Origin: Planctomycetaceae bacterium
GTDB taxonomy: Bacteria > Planctomycetota > Planctomycetia > Pirellulales > Pirellulaceae
Length of the DNA stretch: 64,000 nucleotides
Direction of reading: 5' to 3'
Assembly: GCA_040375695.1 (NCBI GenBank)
Contig: JBEIRZ010000002.1
Location: forward strand, 2,056 to 66,055
Made by a program: the position numbers and the translations under genes. Of the stretch, positions 17,972-27,608 are shown piece after piece; within the stretch, counting starts at the first letter, position 1; each line of letters opens with the position of its first letter. The notes beneath the pieces were generated by a model. It was not told the origin of the DNA. It did not search any database and saw only the letters and a program-made list of their open reading frames with translations.

Positions 17972-18418
17972 ATGCTACGTCACAAACTGATTCACCCCCA
18001 AATCAACGCGATTCTCGGCGCTGCCGGGCACCACTCCACGATCCTGATTGCCGACGGGAATTATCCCGCCTCGTCGAAGCGTGGCCCAAGGGCGGAACTC
18101 GTCTCACTCAACCTGATGCCCGGCGTTCTCACCTGCGATCAAGTCCTGCAGGCGATCCTCACTGCCGTCCCCATCGAAAAGGCCCAGACGATGCGCCCAG
18201 AAACCGAAGGGCCCTATGCGATCGATGGAGACCCGCCGGTATGGTCAGATTACCGCCGATCCATTCGCGAAGCGGGCCTGCGACTCGAACTCGAAGCGGT
18301 CGACAAATGGGCGTTCTATGATGCGGTGTCGACCCATGATCACGTCCTAACCGTCCAAACGGCCGACCAGCAGCGATACGCGAACATCCTCCTGTCGATC
18401 GGCGTGAGGATGGATTAA
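17972..18418 (+). CDS. RbsD/FucU family sugar mutarotase/pyranase
   Basis: The N-terminal LIHPQINAILGAAGHHSTILIADGNYP is characteristic of RbsD/FucU. The size is ~148 aa. Confidence 0.8.
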   Translation: MLRHKLIHPQINAILGAAGHHSTILIADGNYPASSKRGPRAELVSLNLMPGVLTCDQVLQAILTAVPIEKAQTMRPETEGPYAIDGDPPVWSDYRRSIREAGLRLELEAVDKWAFYDAVSTHDHVLTVQTADQQRYANILLSIGVRMD

Positions 18419-18423
18419 AAACC

Positions 18424-18891
18424 TTGGTGGCCCTTTTGAAACGAGTCGATCTTTTCACCGACGGCGCTTGCAGCGGTAATCCGGGACCCGGTGGATGGGC
18501 CTTTATCCTTCGCTGCGCTAAAACCGGCAAAGAGCTCGAAATGTCTGACGGCATGCCGACCACGACCAACAATCAGATGGAACTTATGGCGGTGATCCGT
18601 GGCCTGGAAGTACTCAAAGAGCCTTGCGAAGTCACGCTCCATGCCGACAGTACCTACGTCGGGCAAGGCCTGACCCAATGGATGGCGGGTTGGAAACGGA
18701 ACGGCTGGCGTCGGAAGTCGCAGGGGAAATTCGAAGAGCTCAAAAATGCCGACCTGTGGCGGCGATTGGACGAACTCCTCCAGATCCACCGGCTTGAATT
18801 CTCGCACGTCCGAGGCCACGCGGGTCATATAGAAAACGAGCGATGCGACAAACTCGCGGTCGAGGCCTACCAAAAATACCTCAAGCGGTAA
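18424..18891 (+). CDS. rnhA: Ribonuclease HI
   Basis: RNase H motifs are present: LFTDGACSGNPGPGGWA, NNQMELMA, ADSTYV and HVRGHAGHIENERCDKLA. The track start is TTG. Confidence 0.92.
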   Translation: MVALLKRVDLFTDGACSGNPGPGGWAFILRCAKTGKELEMSDGMPTTTNNQMELMAVIRGLEVLKEPCEVTLHADSTYVGQGLTQWMAGWKRNGWRRKSQGKFEELKNADLWRRLDELLQIHRLEFSHVRGHAGHIENERCDKLAVEAYQKYLKR

Positions 18892-19005
18892 CGGGTCGGG
18901 CTGATGGCGGCTGTTGACAGCCTAACCAAATCTCCAAGAAAGAGGGGTTGGGGGCGTTGACGATCCGGAAGGTATTTGAAATGCTAACGACTCAGGAAGT
19001 GACGG

Positions 19006-19089
<84 letters not shown>

Positions 19090-19265
19090 CTTTTCACCTT
19101 CTTTTCCGGTTCGAGAGTCGAGAGTACCCCGGCATTTAGTGTCGTTACCTTCCGAGTTTTTCGATCTTCTGGGAAGATTCTTCGCCGGCGACGGGCACGA
19201 AAAGGATAAGGAATCGCCTCTAGCCAAGCTGACGGCGATGGTTCCGGCCCCTACCGGACAGCGGC

Positions 19266-20330
19266 TCAATCATAAGCGAACGCGAGCGCTCCTATCACCG
19301 AGGCATTGTCGCCAACGACCGAATACTCAATCCGACAGATGTCGCGAAACCCGTCCAAAGCGTGGTCGAAATAAGATCGCCTGACGAGTTCGAGGTAACG
19401 CCGGCGAACCGGTTCCGCCATTTCGCAGATCCCGCCCCCGATCACCACCAAGTCGTGATCTCCCAGGTAATTGACCATCAAGGCAACCATCCCCAGCGCC
19501 CTGGCCTGGTCGTCGAGCAACTCCAAAGCCAGCGGGTCGGATTCCGCTGCCAAACGTCGCAAACTTTTTGCCTTTTCCTTCGCGGGTAAGTCAACGTCAT
19601 TGAGCGGATGGTGCCTCCACTCTGGCAGGGATAAGCGATGCGAGAGTTGACGAGTCAGTGCCGAAAGCGAAACGGCGGACTCGGCACTTGAGACGGTATT
19701 ACCGACCCTGAAATGCCGATCGTATTCGTATCGGAACGCATGTTGGGGTAGCAGCAAGTGCCCCGCATGTCCGGCGCGTCCGTTTCGCCCCCTAACAACT
19801 TGCCCATCGCGGACTTCGCCACCCCCGAGCCCGGTTCCGACCGCAAGGAAGCAGAGCGAACGCAAGTCCTGCAGTTCCTCGGTAGGCGGGGTAAAACGAG
19901 GCGCGTCGCAACGGCGAGTCTCGATGCGACCGGTCCGAACCGCATGCTCGCCTAACGCGGCCGCCTGTCCATCACCGATGTAGCGAACCCGAATGGCATG
20001 GCCGTGCGACTGAAAACGTTTCTCAAGCTCGGCCCTCATCGGAAAATATCGCCAATCTGAGGCAATCAGATTAGGGCTAGGTTCCAAAATCCCATCTTGG
20101 GAAGCCGGGCCGGGAGAGGCCAAGCCGACCGTGACGACATCCTCCAAATTGGTGGCCAGCGGCAGGAGGAGTTCGTTGACTTTTTCGACCAACAGCGAGA
20201 TCGTCTGGACCGGCCCTTCGCGGGTCGGGGTCGGGAATTGTTCGGAGATCCTTACCAAATCGCCGCTGGGAGCCCCGAGGGCAATCGTTGATGTCGTGCC
20301 GCCGATGTCGATTCCGACGTAGAAAGACAA
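19266..20330 (-). CDS. ROK-family sugar kinase/regulator-like protein
   Basis: The N-terminal ATPase motif is VGIDIGGTTSTIAL. Central G-rich motifs include LAVGTGLGGG. Overall length fits the ROK family. Confidence 0.8.
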   Translation of the reverse strand: MSFYVGIDIGGTTSTIALGAPSGDLVRISEQFPTPTREGPVQTISLLVEKVNELLLPLATNLEDVVTVGLASPGPASQDGILEPSPNLIASDWRYFPMRAELEKRFQSHGHAIRVRYIGDGQAAALGEHAVRTGRIETRRCDAPRFTPPTEELQDLRSLCFLAVGTGLGGGEVRDGQVVRGRNGRAGHAGHLLLPQHAFRYEYDRHFRVGNTVSSAESAVSLSALTRQLSHRLSLPEWRHHPLNDVDLPAKEKAKSLRRLAAESDPLALELLDDQARALGMVALMVNYLGDHDLVVIGGGICEMAEPVRRRYLELVRRSYFDHALDGFRDICRIEYSVVGDNASVIGALAFAYD

Positions 20331-20365
20331 TTTAGGAACCCCACCACGAAATATCGCATCCGACC

Positions 20366-21901
20366 CTAAAAGCTACCGTGGTTCTCGAAACCGCCATCAC
20401 CCCCAAAAATATCTGAGCCACCGCCACCGCCACCGCCACCGAAAGGCCCGGGGAAGGTGGGGGGACGAAGTACGAATGGTGAGTCATGGTCTGCTCTTCG
20501 CCTACCGGCTTGGCGCACCTGGGACTGCATCGCCGCGCCGGCCGCTTCGATCATCGCGTGGATCAGGATCTGCGTCATCGGGCTGGCGGCGACTTCCGCG
20601 GCCCGATCCATCGGGCTGGGACCCCAGCGATGCGATTTGCGGAGGCGTTGCCAAAATGCCTCGTAACTCCCCCGGCCTTCGCGAACTTGGCGAAGCTCGG
20701 AGAGGACATCGAAGTGTGAGGTGAAGAGGGCTCGGGCTGAATCGAATCCCGCGGCGCGATAACGATTGATTAACGTACCGAGCGATTGGAGGTGCTGGGT
20801 GAGGAATCCGACCACCTGCTGGCGGTGGCGAACCTGCTCGCTTACCTGCGCCATTTCCTCAGTCAAACCCTCCAGCCTGGCGACGATTAGGTCGTCTTCG
20901 ACGGCAGGGGTGGAACGCGCGCGTTCGGCCAGCATCCGTGGCTCGATCTTCTCGAGGTAGTCACGGAATTTCTGGATCGCCTCTTGATAATAAGGGCCAC
21001 GAGTGTCATCCACCCGCGTCCGCTCGGCCTGCAATTCCTGACTCCGCTTCTCGATCGTTTCAAGCTTCTGAACCACCTCCGTACGACGGGCAGAGAGAAC
21101 TTTTAAACGTTCGAGCAAGTCGGTCAAACCGAACTCCTTGGCAACGATATCGCGGCGGCGCTCGAGTTCCTCCATGACCAAATTGAGGGCTTGACGGTCT
21201 TCCGCGATCACCTCTCTCATGTGACCGGGCGTGGTCTTTAAGAACTCGTACCCCTTGCGGGCTTCCCGAAAACCGATGTACCGAGCCAACCACTGGTCCG
21301 TGCTCCGGGTAATCCCGGTTGACTGATACTCGGGGGTGCCAAATTTCCGATTCCAGAGGTACATGAAGAGCGAGCTTTTTTCGTACGCCGGCAACTTTCG
21401 TAGCGAATCCTGCTCGATCTCCGCCAAGTTGGCTTCAGAGCGCTGAAGCGCGGCTTCGGCCTCACCCGCCTTGTTGGACAAGGCCGAGAACTCGGGATCG
21501 GCGGCCAACTTATCGCTCACCTTTTTGGCGAGCTCTTCCTGCTTTGCCTCCATCGCATCGAGTTCCGCAGAGGCGTCAGCTAACCTTGCCTCCTCTCGAT
21601 CGCGTTCCTCTTCGATGGCCCGAATCTGCGAATCCAATTCGACGACATGCTGCTGCTTGCGAACCAGCAAGTCACGAACCCATTGGCGGATTTCAGGCAA
21701 CGTCCGCGCGACGGCTTCGGCTGACAACTCGGGGAGGTAGTGTTGGGCCAAATCCAGCAGGGCGTCACCGCGGTCCCCCGACAACTGGCCGAGTTCGGCG
21801 CCGGCAGCAGCGATTTCGCCTCGGGCCGCTTCGAGCTCGTGCTGTAGCTCGCCGTGGGCTTGGATCAGCTGTTGGTGAAGCACATTACCGGGGGTTGGCA
21901 T
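20366..21901 (-). CDS. Hypothetical long coiled-coil protein with a C-terminal poly-Gly tail
   Basis: The 511-aa ORF has a strongly E/R/L/Q-rich, heptad-like sequence. It ends in PGPFGGGGGGGGSDIFGGDGGFENHGSF. No family was recognised. Confidence 0.7.
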   Translation of the reverse strand: MPTPGNVLHQQLIQAHGELQHELEAARGEIAAAGAELGQLSGDRGDALLDLAQHYLPELSAEAVARTLPEIRQWVRDLLVRKQQHVVELDSQIRAIEEERDREEARLADASAELDAMEAKQEELAKKVSDKLAADPEFSALSNKAGEAEAALQRSEANLAEIEQDSLRKLPAYEKSSLFMYLWNRKFGTPEYQSTGITRSTDQWLARYIGFREARKGYEFLKTTPGHMREVIAEDRQALNLVMEELERRRDIVAKEFGLTDLLERLKVLSARRTEVVQKLETIEKRSQELQAERTRVDDTRGPYYQEAIQKFRDYLEKIEPRMLAERARSTPAVEDDLIVARLEGLTEEMAQVSEQVRHRQQVVGFLTQHLQSLGTLINRYRAAGFDSARALFTSHFDVLSELRQVREGRGSYEAFWQRLRKSHRWGPSPMDRAAEVAASPMTQILIHAMIEAAGAAMQSQVRQAGRRRADHDSPFVLRPPTFPGPFGGGGGGGGSDIFGGDGGFENHGSF

Positions 21902-21937
21902 CGTCTTTGTCGTCTCGGGTCCGCGATGAAGGAAAAA

Positions 21938-23452
21938 TCAATTCTTGCCGAAAGTTATGCCCTGCCAATCGTCCGTCCGGAAGGGCGTCAGTGGAAAGTC
22001 TTGATTGGAGTAAAGGTTAACGACCGGATTATCGGCCCAGGCGTACCGAACTGCCAACGGCTTAGGCACCGATGGGGACGATACTTCAATCCGTCCGTCA
22101 GGTAGTATCTTTGCCGCGGCGGCATGAAAAACCTTATCTTCTCCGGCGATGGTAAATCCGAGAGGCGCGGGGACATCGAACGGTCTCCATCCTTCTACGT
22201 GAGCAAAGCTCAGAATGGCCTTGTCACCCTCGATTTTCATTTCCCGGTAGCGTGGGCTGCGGTGAGGAACCTCCACCCCGTACTGGTTTGCCAAAGCCCA
22301 AGCGGCAAGCCTCATGCCGACCCCAAGCTTGTTACGGGGGTGGATGTCTTTGCCTTCACCCAGATCAATGATCACCGCCTCGCCGACATTCGGCAACCTA
22401 TCCATGGTCATCGTTTGGGCCTCGCGGAGTTCGGCCCAATCGCTCTCGCCTGGGGTCGGGTTTTCGTTCTTGAAATCCGCGAGTTGGACGTAATAGAACG
22501 GAAAGTCTCCTTGGCCCCATCGCTCGCGCCAGTTTTTGATCATCAGCGGGAACAACTCGCGATATTGATAGGCTCGTGACGCATTGCTTTCGCCTTGGTA
22601 CCAGATCGCCCCTTTGATGTTATAACCGAGATGGGACCGTAGTACGCCTTCGAAGATATTTCCGGGTCGCGAGTTACCCGTCAGCAAGCCTCTCGCCTGA
22701 TTAAGCCGCTTGGTCTCCTCTTCGGTCCGATCTTTCTTGGCTGATAACGCTTCTACAGCCGACCCCATCTCCTTTTCCGTCGCTTCCCAGCGTTCCATCA
22801 ATGCCTTCATCGATTCGGTCGAATTCAGGACATCTCGCTCGACCCAGGCTTCCGCTGCCGATCCTCCCCACGCGTTGTTGATCATCCCGATGGGGACGCC
22901 GAGGGTCGCATGAAGTTGACGGGCGAAATAATAGCCCACTGCAGAAAACCGACCCACCGACTCGGGGGAACAGACCATCCAGGGCCGGTCGTGGGTCCAA
23001 ATCGCTTCTTGGCTGCCGACCTGGGGGAAATTGATCATCCGAATTTCCGGTGTGCGTGCCGCCGCGGCCACCAGCGCGGCATTTTCCGTTTGGGCCACCG
23101 ACCACTGCATATTCGACTGGCCAGAACAAACCCAAACCTCTCCCACCAGAATGTCATTGATGCGGACCTCGTTCTTGCCGCGGATCACCATTTGCAAGGG
23201 ATCCCCGAGTGAAAGGGGCTGGAGCTTGACCTGCCAATTTCCCGTCGCGTCGGCAGTCGCGGTGTGCGATTGCCCAGCGATCTCGACGGTAACCGTCTCG
23301 CCGGAATCGGCGCGACCCCAAACCTTGTTCGCCTGCTCCCTCTGCAAAACCATGTGATCGCCGAAGATGTTCGGCAGCGTTACTTCCGCACGGAGAAAGG
23401 GCTTCGGTGTGAATCCGGCAAAAAGCAAAAAAATGCACAAACGACCACTCAT
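21938..23452 (-). CDS. Sialate O-acetylesterase-like SGNH hydrolase
   Basis: The ATG at 23452 gives a signal-like N-terminus, MSGRLCIFLLFAGF. The catalytic motif is VCSGQSNM. WYQGESN and the general 9-O-acetylesterase pattern are also present. The upstream part of the track ORF looks non-coding, with an alternative start at 23518. Confidence 0.85.
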   Translation of the reverse strand: MSGRLCIFLLFAGFTPKPFLRAEVTLPNIFGDHMVLQREQANKVWGRADSGETVTVEIAGQSHTATADATGNWQVKLQPLSLGDPLQMVIRGKNEVRINDILVGEVWVCSGQSNMQWSVAQTENAALVAAAARTPEIRMINFPQVGSQEAIWTHDRPWMVCSPESVGRFSAVGYYFARQLHATLGVPIGMINNAWGGSAAEAWVERDVLNSTESMKALMERWEATEKEMGSAVEALSAKKDRTEEETKRLNQARGLLTGNSRPGNIFEGVLRSHLGYNIKGAIWYQGESNASRAYQYRELFPLMIKNWRERWGQGDFPFYYVQLADFKNENPTPGESDWAELREAQTMTMDRLPNVGEAVIIDLGEGKDIHPRNKLGVGMRLAAWALANQYGVEVPHRSPRYREMKIEGDKAILSFAHVEGWRPFDVPAPLGFTIAGEDKVFHAAAAKILPDGRIEVSSPSVPKPLAVRYAWADNPVVNLYSNQDFPLTPFRTDDWQGITFGKN

Positions 23453-23887
23453 TCGCGATGTTTTGCTCGGGCGATTCGTGCGGTCAACCGCGGTCGAGAT
23501 TTGCTTGCTAAACGACATAGAGAGTTCACTCTGTAAAGGTGGGGGTATCGACTTGAAAAGGATGAGGGTTATGGCAGGGAATAGCTGCGGGGTATCGACA
23601 AATACGATATCTTCATGTCTCCCGATGGCGACGAGTCGCCGTCTAGATTGGGAAGCATTGTAGCTTTCAGTCGCTCGATCGGGAATCGACGGGCCGCGGC
23701 CGGACAAAGGCTCCGCGGCGGGCGGCTCCGCGGCGACCGGTTGCCCCTGTTGTTCTCAAGGGGCGGACGGCGAGTCGCAAAGAATCAAGATTCGACGGAA
23801 TCCTCATCGAAATTATTTGACGCTAGTCATCGGTTTTGAAGATAATAAGTTGCTAGGCTTATTCGGCAATTCTCCTCGGAAAAAATC

Positions 23888-25933
23888 GTGATGAACCGAC
23901 TCCAAAAGGCCCGCTTTGGCCTCGGCAACCAGCCGATGCTCACGCTAATCGAGGCAACGGCCTCAACGCGCGTCGTGGGCGTCGCACGTAGGCGACAACT
24001 TGTCGAGTCCCGGGCCCGAGCGATCCGTTCAACGGTTCCGGGCCGAGCGGTTTGGGCTTTGGCTGTCTGGTTTGCGCTGATGGTGTTGTCGCTGAGTGGC
24101 TTTTTGGCGAATCGGGTGTTCGGACAAGAGGCCGCACCTGCCGCCCCCCCGCAACCGGCGACGGCGCCCGCCCCTGCAGCGCCCGCCCCTCCGGCGGGTA
24201 TCCGATCGGTGCCACTACCTCCCGCTTTAACCGCCAAAGCGACCGTCGCAGCGATGGAACGTGTGAAGGGCGAGGGTTTGGCGAAAGCGGATTTTTCTCC
24301 GCAGTGGCCGGGCTACGAGGAATTCCGGCGATACTACCAGCTGTACCAATTTGGCAAGCTGATGGATGCCAGTTATGTCGCCGAATATGGCAAGATAACT
24401 CAGTCGATCCTGGAAGATTTGGATCGCGCACAAAAGCAGCGTAGTCCGGCCGCGAAGACCCTCGGGGGCTGGGTCGTCGCCGGCGCCCGGGCGATCGCTA
24501 CGGGGAACTACCATCCGGTCGCCCGCGTGACGTCGACCTTGATGCTTGCCCAGACCGACGATCAACCCGCTGATCTGCGGGCGGGCCGCCCCCCTGTACC
24601 GGCCGCGGCCGCGCTTCCTGTACTGGTTCAGCTTTATCGAACCGAAACCAATCCGGACGGGGTTCGGGCCGCCGCACTTCAAGGAATTCTCAGGCATGTG
24701 CAGATGGGATCGGTTACCGACCAACGATTTCGGGACGGGATCGCCGGCATCGCCCTGCAGCTGATCGAAAGCAATCCCCCCGCCGGCCGTTCCCCTCAGG
24801 CACACGCATTCTTGCAAAGGTACGCGGTCGATATCCTTGGAGTTTTGGCCGATCCCAACTCCTCGCCAAAGACCGCAGAGACGTTGGTTTCCGTCAGCAC
24901 CCAACCGGGCCGTCCTAATCTGATCGCCGCGTATGCCGCTTCGAAAGTTGGTCGATTCCAACCGGGCAAAGCGAAGGTAAGCGAGGCCTCTAAAATTCTG
25001 CAAAGCTGGGCAGCGAGGGGGGCCGAAACCATCGATCGCGAGATCGATCGAATTGCCAAGCTCGATCCGCCGATAGCGGTTCGCGACCAGCCCCAAATCC
25101 CAGTCACACCTACCGGCGGTGCTAGCGGTGGTTACGACCCGTCGATGGCCGGCGGGATGATGCCGGGCATGGATGGTGGGATGGCCGGCATGGGCGATTA
25201 CGACCCAGGAATGATGAGCGGCATGGACGGGATGGGGATGGGCGGCATGGAAGGTGACATGTACGGCGGGATGATGGGGGGCGGGATGATGGGGGGCGGG
25301 ATGATGGGCCCGATCACCATTCTCCCTCAACCGCTGGAAATTGTTACCGCAAGGAGGAGTATCAACGACGTCTTTCAACAGCTCCAAGTCGGGGCGACAG
25401 GCCAAGCCGCTGCCGGACTTCCCAAACAGGCTAGCGGCGGCTTACTGGCCGTTGCCGATCCGGCAGATAAAGCGAATATCGAGTCGTGGGTGAAGACCCT
25501 CGGAGAGGTTGTCACCGCGATCAATGATCGGACGTTGACCGAAAGGAAGAAATTCGTCGAAGCCCTAACAGAGCAATCGAACGTCCTAAAGAAGTTGGCA
25601 GGCATTGAAGTCAAAGAGGACGAAGCAGCGACGGATGCTCAAGGTGCCATCGCGGGAGGGGAGGCTGCACTTGGACCGGAAATCGGTTCAGGTCCTATGG
25701 ATCCCGCAGCGGGATTCCCTCCTGCCGCTACAAACGTCCCGGGCGTAGCGGCGGCGCCAGGTGTCAACCCGCAAGCAGCCCCAGGTGTCAACCCGCAAGT
25801 AGCCCCGGGTGCCAACCCGCAAGGCCCCACCGCGGCCGGTGCACTTCCGCCCGTCGGTACCGCCGGTCAGCCTGAGAATCCGCTGGCTGATCCCGTGAAC
25901 GATCCCTTAGCTACGCCACCGTCGAACAATTGA
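23888..25933 (+). CDS. Hypothetical membrane-anchored protein with a Met/Gly-rich block and C-terminal PGxNPQ repeats
   Basis: The 681-aa ORF has one N-terminal TM helix (VWALAVWFALMVLSLSGFLA) followed by an Ala/Pro-rich linker. A 65-aa M/G block lies at nt 25115-25309. A Pro-rich tail follows. No family was recognised. Confidence 0.75.
   Translation: MMNRLQKARFGLGNQPMLTLIEATASTRVVGVARRRQLVESRARAIRSTVPGRAVWALAVWFALMVLSLSGFLANRVFGQEAAPAAPPQPATAPAPAAPAPPAGIRSVPLPPALTAKATVAAMERVKGEGLAKADFSPQWPGYEEFRRYYQLYQFGKLMDASYVAEYGKITQSILEDLDRAQKQRSPAAKTLGGWVVAGARAIATGNYHPVARVTSTLMLAQTDDQPADLRAGRPPVPAAAALPVLVQLYRTETNPDGVRAAALQGILRHVQMGSVTDQRFRDGIAGIALQLIESNPPAGRSPQAHAFLQRYAVDILGVLADPNSSPKTAETLVSVSTQPGRPNLIAAYAASKVGRFQPGKAKVSEASKILQSWAARGAETIDREIDRIAKLDPPIAVRDQPQIPVTPTGGASGGYDPSMAGGMMPGMDGGMAGMGDYDPGMMSGMDGMGMGGMEGDMYGGMMGGGMMGGGMMGPITILPQPLEIVTARRSINDVFQQLQVGATGQAAAGLPKQASGGLLAVADPADKANIESWVKTLGEVVTAINDRTLTERKKFVEALTEQSNVLKKLAGIEVKEDEAATDAQGAIAGGEAALGPEIGSGPMDPAAGFPPAATNVPGVAAAPGVNPQAAPGVNPQVAPGANPQGPTAAGALPPVGTAGQPENPLADPVNDPLATPPSNN
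25265..25309 (+). repeat. Three tandem copies of the 15-nt unit GGCGGGATGATGGGG, encoding GGMMG x3
   Basis: I read this directly from the sequence. The first two copies are identical and the third differs at its last base. The repeat lies inside the CDS 23888..25933. Confidence 0.9.
25757..25828 (+). repeat. Three tandem copies of a 24-nt unit, encoding PGVNPQAA/PGVNPQVA/PGANPQGP
   Basis: I read this directly. CCAGGTGTCAACCCGCAAGCAGCC is repeated with a few substitutions inside the CDS 23888..25933. Confidence 0.85.
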
Positions 25934-26012
25934 TCTGTCACGCGAAGCTTCGAGGCGTGATTGAAACTCGCCGCTAATGATGCTTAGGCCTCGCAAAACC
26001 ACAAGTAAGGAA

Positions 26013-26867
26013 TCAGGCGGCCCGCCGATCCCGGGTTCGCTGTTCAGAAACGGTAACGGCTGGCCGCGCAGGAATTTCAGGTGCCGAAGTGACGGGCACC
26101 TCATCCCCCTCAGGCCGCGACCGCCGAATCGCCTCCTCTCCTACCTCCATCTTGTCGAACAGGGAGCCAAGAAGCTTAGGGTGCACACAAACGTAGCTCC
26201 ACAGCAAGCCGGCGGCGATCCCACCAAGCACATCGCTAAAAAAGTGGGAACCGGTTTGGAGTCGTTGCAAGACGGTTAGACCGCTGAACATGACGAATAA
26301 CCATCGCCCCCGAGGCAGTGCCGCACATAGGCCGATGGTGAGTGCGACGGCAGTAGCCATGTTGCCACTCGGAAACGAGCGGGCATTGGCGTCAAACATC
26401 GCCACGTGCTCCAGCGACCAGTCGAATCTCCACCACCAAGCGGTATCAACCGTGGCCAAATCGAGGTTGATCTGGCTTGGCCTCAGTCGCAAGACGAACA
26501 TCTTCATGACCGTGGCAACGGCACTCGCACCGGCAACCATCGTGACCAAACGAGGCAGCAACGGGCGAGCCTGAGGCGACATCAGGAAAACGCTGAGAAA
26601 AATAAAGAAAACGCCGCTCCCATGGGCGTAGAAGCGGACCAGTTCCATGGTCCGAACGAAATCGCCAGGAAACGGGTCCGTGTCAAACCAACGGGCCAAG
26701 GGGATATCGATTAATGTCGCCAAAGGCACAGAAAAAGCGGCGAAAACAACGGACCAGAGGAGCAAGCCAGGCCGCTTTTGCAAATCCAGCGAAAGGGAGC
26801 GGTTGATCAGGGGCAACGGCAAAGCCGCTGGGACCGATTTATCGCGAGGTTGAGGTGGCAAGACCAT
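26013..26867 (-). CDS. PAP2-family (type 2 phosphatidic acid phosphatase-like) membrane phosphatase
   Basis: Three PAP2 motifs are recognisable: KMFVLRLRP, SFPSGN and TGSHFFSDVLGG. The protein has multiple TM helices. Confidence 0.85.
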   Translation of the reverse strand: MVLPPQPRDKSVPAALPLPLINRSLSLDLQKRPGLLLWSVVFAAFSVPLATLIDIPLARWFDTDPFPGDFVRTMELVRFYAHGSGVFFIFLSVFLMSPQARPLLPRLVTMVAGASAVATVMKMFVLRLRPSQINLDLATVDTAWWWRFDWSLEHVAMFDANARSFPSGNMATAVALTIGLCAALPRGRWLFVMFSGLTVLQRLQTGSHFFSDVLGGIAAGLLWSYVCVHPKLLGSLFDKMEVGEEAIRRSRPEGDEVPVTSAPEIPARPAVTVSEQRTRDRRAA

Positions 26868-27065
26868 CCTGCAATTCCTGAGACATGCCGTTCGGGATCA
26901 CAGGAAGCGTGTAGCAAACCGAGGCGGACTGGCGACAGGTCATTTCAAAGGAGCGAACGGACAAGGGGCCAGACGGACCCGCTGGGCGCAGCAAGAACGG
27001 GCTCGCCTATTTACAAAGCAAAAACAATCCCCTTTAATCGCCGAAAACAAACAACAAAGGGAGGT

Positions 27066-27482
27066 TCATTCACCTTGGAGAGTTAAGAGCAATTGTCGCG
27101 GCGTGGCCATCGACCGGTGTTCGCAAAGGTAAATCCCTTGCCAAGTACCAAGGGCGAGCCGGCCATCGGAAACCGGAATCAAGAGGCTCGGGCCGAACAA
27201 GGATGCTTTGACATGTGCCGGCATATCGTCGGGGCCTTCATCGCTATGGCGGTAATCGAGCGACTCGGGGACAACATGATTGATCGCCATCTCGAAATCG
27301 ATCCGGACATCCGGGTCGGCATTTTCGTTAATGGTGAGTGACGCGCTGGTGTGTCGAATGAAAACGTTAAGCCAACCGACGCGGATGGATGGTAATTCAG
27401 GCAAAGATTCGAGGACCCTGTCCGTAATCAAATGAAATCCCCGTTTCGCCGGGCGGAGCGTCAATGATCTTTGGACCCACAT
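27066..27482 (-). CDS. YjbQ/UPF0047 family protein (secondary thiamine-phosphate synthase-like)
   Basis: Motifs are HTSASLTINENADPDV, HVKASL and GRLALGTWQGIYLCEHR. The ATG at 27482 (MWVQRSL) fits the family length better than the track start at 27539. Confidence 0.88.
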   Translation of the reverse strand: MWVQRSLTLRPAKRGFHLITDRVLESLPELPSIRVGWLNVFIRHTSASLTINENADPDVRIDFEMAINHVVPESLDYRHSDEGPDDMPAHVKASLFGPSLLIPVSDGRLALGTWQGIYLCEHRSMATPRQLLLTLQGE

Positions 27483-27608
27483 CGGATGCCTCCTGTCGAA
27501 ATCGATCGGGACAAACAATCGGATCAATCCGATTGTCACGGCGTAGCGATCAGGACTAACGAGAATCGCCGGGGACGCCGACTTCTAAAGGGTGCGTAGC
27601 CTGTCAGG

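Noticed and set aside
24227-25405. 392-aa minus-strand ORF inside the Met/Gly-rich protein gene
   Set aside because: It is fully antisense to the 681-aa plus-strand ORF. Its translation is His/Pro/Arg/Gly-rich, mirroring the M/G repeat (HHPAPHHPAPHHP). It has no recognisable motifs. This is a typical shadow ORF in GC-rich DNA.
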